NCBI GenBank assembly: GCA_038256095.1
Contig: JBBSKS010000001.1
Location: 1 to 53,158 of the forward strand
DNA: 53,158 nt
Direction of reading: 5' to 3'
From: Actinomycetales bacterium
Lineage (GTDB): Bacteria > Actinomycetota > Actinomycetes > Actinomycetales > Dermatophilaceae
Part shown: positions 50,283 to 53,158 of the stretch, one piece after another
Layout of the letters: each line of letters begins with the position of its first letter
How positions within the stretch are numbered: position 1 is the first letter of the stretch
Program-made: the position numbers and the translations under genes
Notes under the pieces: model-generated
Seen by the model: only the letters and a program-made list of their open reading frames with translations
Database searches by the model: none
What the model was told of the DNA's origin: nothing

Positions 50283-51970
50283 TGGCCTCTGCTCACGTGC
50301 CAAACACCGATGACCTGCTGGCAACCGCCCGTGCCTGGCGCGACGACGACCCCGACGAGACCACACGTCTGGAGCTAGAAGCGCTCATCGAGCAGTGCCC
50401 CGAAGAGTCAGCGGTGGCCGAGTTGGCTGACCGCTTTGATGGCACGCTGACGTTTGGCACTGCCGGTTTGCGTGGGCCGCTAGGGGCCGGGCCCAACCGG
50501 ATGAATCGGGCCGTGGTGATCCGCGCGGCGGCCGGGTTGACGGCATACCTGCAGGACGAACGCGCGCTCGAGTCGCCTCTGGTGGTCATTGGCTTCGACG
50601 CGCGCGTCAATTCTGACGTGTTTGCGGCGGACACCGCCGCGGTCGTCACTGCAGCTGGCGGACGGGCGATGGTCCTGCCGTCTGCCCTACCCACGCCGGT
50701 TTTAGCGTTTGCGATCGGCCATCTCGGCGCCGATGCGGGCGTCATGGTGACGGCGAGTCACAACCCGGCGATCGACAACGGCTACAAGGTCTACCTCGGT
50801 GACGGTTCTCAGATCGTGTCGCCTGCCGACGGTGAGATTGCGGCCCACATTGACGCTGTGAGCACCACTGGCTCCGTGCCCCGCGCCACTGCTGGGTGGA
50901 CTCGCCTTGGCGATGACGTGCTCGCTGCATACCTAGACGCCGTTGCTGCTGTAGTCGATCCGCAGAGCAGTCGTGCTGTGTCCCTGGTGCACACCTCCTT
51001 GCACGGGGTTGGTTCAGAGACCGTGCGGCACGCCTTCACCCAGGTCGGTTTTGAGGCCCCAGCCCCGGTCGAGGAGCAGGAACAGCCTGATCCCACCTTT
51101 CCGACGGTGACGTTCCCCAATCCCGAAGAGCCGGGCGCGATGGACGCCGCTCTCCTGTTGGCGATGACCGTGCACCCGGACGCGGTGATCGCCAACGACC
51201 CGGACGCGGATCGGTGTGCAGTCGCGGTGCCCTCCAAGGACGGTTGGCGGATGTTGCGTGGCGACGAGGTGGGCGTGCTGCTCGGTCAACACCTCCTCAC
51301 GCGGGGCATCGACCCGGACGGCGAGCGCACCGTGTTCGCGCGCTCGATCGTGTCGTCGCGGATGCTGGGTGCGATGGCCGTTGCGGCCGGGTTGCCCGCC
51401 GTCGAGACATTGACCGGTTTCAAGTGGATTGGCCGGGTGCCTGGATTGCGCTACGGGTATGAGGAGGCGCTTGGTTATTGCTGTGACCCCGCCACCGTGC
51501 CCGATAAAGATGGAGTCAGTGCCGCGTTGCTGATGGCCGAAATGATCGCCACGCTTCGGTCGAAGGACCGGTCGGTTGACGATGTCTTGGACGATCTCGC
51601 GGTGGCCCACGGCGTCCACGCAACCGAGGCCTTCTCGGTGCGCGTCGACGATGTTGCTCAGGTGACGCCCATCGTTGCGGCATTGCTTGACAAGGAGGTC
51701 CGCTCTCTTGGTGGGGTCGACGTGCGCTCGCGGGAGGATCTGGCCAACCCGACTGACGGCCTTCCGCCCACCCCCGGCGTGCGGTTCTACCTCAGCGACG
51801 ACACCCGCGTGATCGTGCGGCCCAGCGGCACCGAGCCCAAACTCAAGGTCTATGTCGAGGCCATCGTTCCCGTTGACGCTCGCGCGACGCTGCGGGTGGC
51901 TAGGGCCGAGGCGCGTACGCGGTTGGACGCCGTGGTTGCCACCATGGCAGAGCTGACGAAGGCAACCTGA
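50279..51970 (+). CDS. Phospho-sugar mutase (PmmB/phosphopentomutase-like)
   Basis: FGTAGLRG, TASHNP, DPDADR, YEEALG, RPSGTEPKLK. Confidence 0.93.
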   Translation: MMASAHVPNTDDLLATARAWRDDDPDETTRLELEALIEQCPEESAVAELADRFDGTLTFGTAGLRGPLGAGPNRMNRAVVIRAAAGLTAYLQDERALESPLVVIGFDARVNSDVFAADTAAVVTAAGGRAMVLPSALPTPVLAFAIGHLGADAGVMVTASHNPAIDNGYKVYLGDGSQIVSPADGEIAAHIDAVSTTGSVPRATAGWTRLGDDVLAAYLDAVAAVVDPQSSRAVSLVHTSLHGVGSETVRHAFTQVGFEAPAPVEEQEQPDPTFPTVTFPNPEEPGAMDAALLLAMTVHPDAVIANDPDADRCAVAVPSKDGWRMLRGDEVGVLLGQHLLTRGIDPDGERTVFARSIVSSRMLGAMAVAAGLPAVETLTGFKWIGRVPGLRYGYEEALGYCCDPATVPDKDGVSAALLMAEMIATLRSKDRSVDDVLDDLAVAHGVHATEAFSVRVDDVAQVTPIVAALLDKEVRSLGGVDVRSREDLANPTDGLPPTPGVRFYLSDDTRVIVRPSGTEPKLKVYVEAIVPVDARATLRVARAEARTRLDAVVATMAELTKAT

Positions 51971-52044
51971 GGAAACTGCTCCTGTCGGCAAGGGCGAGGT
52001 GAGCCACTTCAGCCACGTTGAGTCCCTCCAAAACCTTGAGGTAT

Positions 52045-52060
52045 TCGAACATATGTACTA
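52045..52060. promoter_or_regulatory. LexA (SOS) box
   Basis: TCGAAC-ATAT-GTACTA versus the actinobacterial consensus TCGAAC-N4-GTTCGA. Overlaps a TAATAT -10. Extra half-site GTTCGA at 52073-52078. Confidence 0.75.
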
Positions 52061-52095
52061 ATATTAGCCTATGTTCGAGACCGAGAGGGTGTGAG

Positions 52096-53158
52096 ATGAC
52101 CGCCCCGAGCAACCCGACCGATGACCGCGAGTTCATCGACTCCGACTGGTGCGGCTACGGGTATGGCGACCCTGAGTGGCACGAGTCCGACGCGCTCTCG
52201 CGGGCCGATTGGGATGACATCGACGCCGGTTTAGCTCGCCTCGACGCTGATATGGCGGTCCCTTCTGCCTTGGCTCAGGTAGGTCATTGGTTGGACAATT
52301 TGCCGCTTCCTGAAAACGTCATGGACTCCCTGATGTCGGTGATCTCCTGCGCTGTAGCCCACGCTGACGTCGTCACTGAGAGGGGTCTCTCGGATGGGCA
52401 ACTGTTAGACGCCGCGCTGGCGCTCAAGTGTTGTCGGGCTTCGCGGATTCGGTGGTTGTGGAGGCGGCAGGTTCGTTGGCGGCGCGAGCCGGTGCGGATT
52501 GCTGGGCCGTAAAGGGATGTCCGATCCGAGCGAGCTGACCGTAAGCGGGAGAGGGTGTTGGGGCAGCGAGAATTGCTCTGGCCCAGGGGGTAACTGACTG
52601 GCGCTCGGTGTCGGCGTTCTGGCAAAAGTGCCGCGCTATGGAGGTCGAGGATGCGGGCTCGGTGGATCGCGCAACGTTCGGCCCCTACCTCACAGGCCGC
52701 GGTGGAGAAAGTGACGCCGGTGGAGAAGGTGACGCCGGTCGGGAAAGCGATGGTGATGGTGGTGGTGGTAAAGACGACGGAGCTGATGGTGGCATTCCGA
52801 CGACTGATGTGGCTCGTGAGTCATGGCCTTCGTTCAACCGTCGGTTGTGCCGCGAGGTGCTTCGGGTGGAGGGCGCCGATGAGGTGGCGGCGCGAGCCAG
52901 ACGCCGGGCGGCACAAAACCGACGAGGCCTGCGCGGCGAGATCTGTGACGACGGCCTGGGGGTATTTTCGATCACTGGACCCAACACCAGCGTGGTCGCG
53001 GCTCTGGACCGCATAGAGACCGTCGCCCGACGCGCCCGCAAGGCTGGCGATCCACGACCGCTCGATCACATTCGCTCTGACACTGCGATGGCCCTGCTCG
53101 TCCATGGGACTGTGCCTCTGCCTGGACAGGACGAGGGCCGATGTGCGGATGGTAATAG
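52096..53158 (+). pseudogene. Frameshifted DUF222 (13E12 repeat / HNH-associated) gene, runs off the right edge
   Basis: Frame changes near 52428 and 52499. The last frame is open to the window end and reads AARARRRAAQNRRGL...DDGLG...ARKAGDPRPLDHIRSDTAMALL, a DUF222-type motif. SOS box upstream. Confidence 0.7.
52701..52754 (+). repeat. 18-bp tandem repeat (about 3 copies) encoding a Gly/Asp/Glu linker
   Basis: GGTGGAGAAAGTGACGCC / GGTGGAGAAGGTGACGCC / GGTCGGGAAAGCGATGGT. Confidence 0.65.

Noticed and set aside
51983-52004. PafBC/RecA-NDp promoter (TGTCGG-N10-TAnnnT) before the DUF222 gene
   Set aside because: TGTCGG is present, but the -10 position reads GTGAGC.
52701-52770. CRISPR-like repeat
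   Set aside because: Contiguous in-frame 18-bp repeats without spacers, and no cas genes.

Overview
A high-GC actinobacterial chromosome segment. The gene content suggests Micrococcales, for example Ornithinimicrobiaceae/Intrasporangiaceae-like (inference). Most of it is the conserved core block also seen in M. tuberculosis and Streptomyces: hpf-comF-lpqB-mtrB-mtrA-ahcY, SIS-Trm112-manB-DUF3499-zincin, DUF5719-GT2-whiB-cofD-cofE, TIGR03089, LCP, acyl-CoA dehydrogenase-purE-purK-gtrA, birA-accD-accE-maf-accA, and lpdA-punA-phosphosugar mutase. Accessory genes are inserted into this block: mycothione reductase, a CoA-transferase pair, MOSC, DUF885 plus a Na+/H+ antiporter with a ZnF-UBP domain, a small-protein/degenerate-FHA pair, and a LiuR-like leucine-catabolism unit with a perfect 18-bp operator. 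Three accessory loci are broken: a lamin-tail extracellular nuclease at the left edge, a DGPF/ECF42 sigma operon, and an SOS-boxed DUF222 gene at the right edge. No rRNA, tRNA, CRISPR array, transposase or prophage was seen. No complete new system is evident. The best candidates for undescribed biology are the small-protein/FHA pair, the GT2/DUF5719 module with altered catalytic motifs, the ZnF-UBP antiporter, a CofE with an apparently vestigial reductase domain, and a structured hpf leader. All family assignments come from motif recognition by eye, not from database searches.
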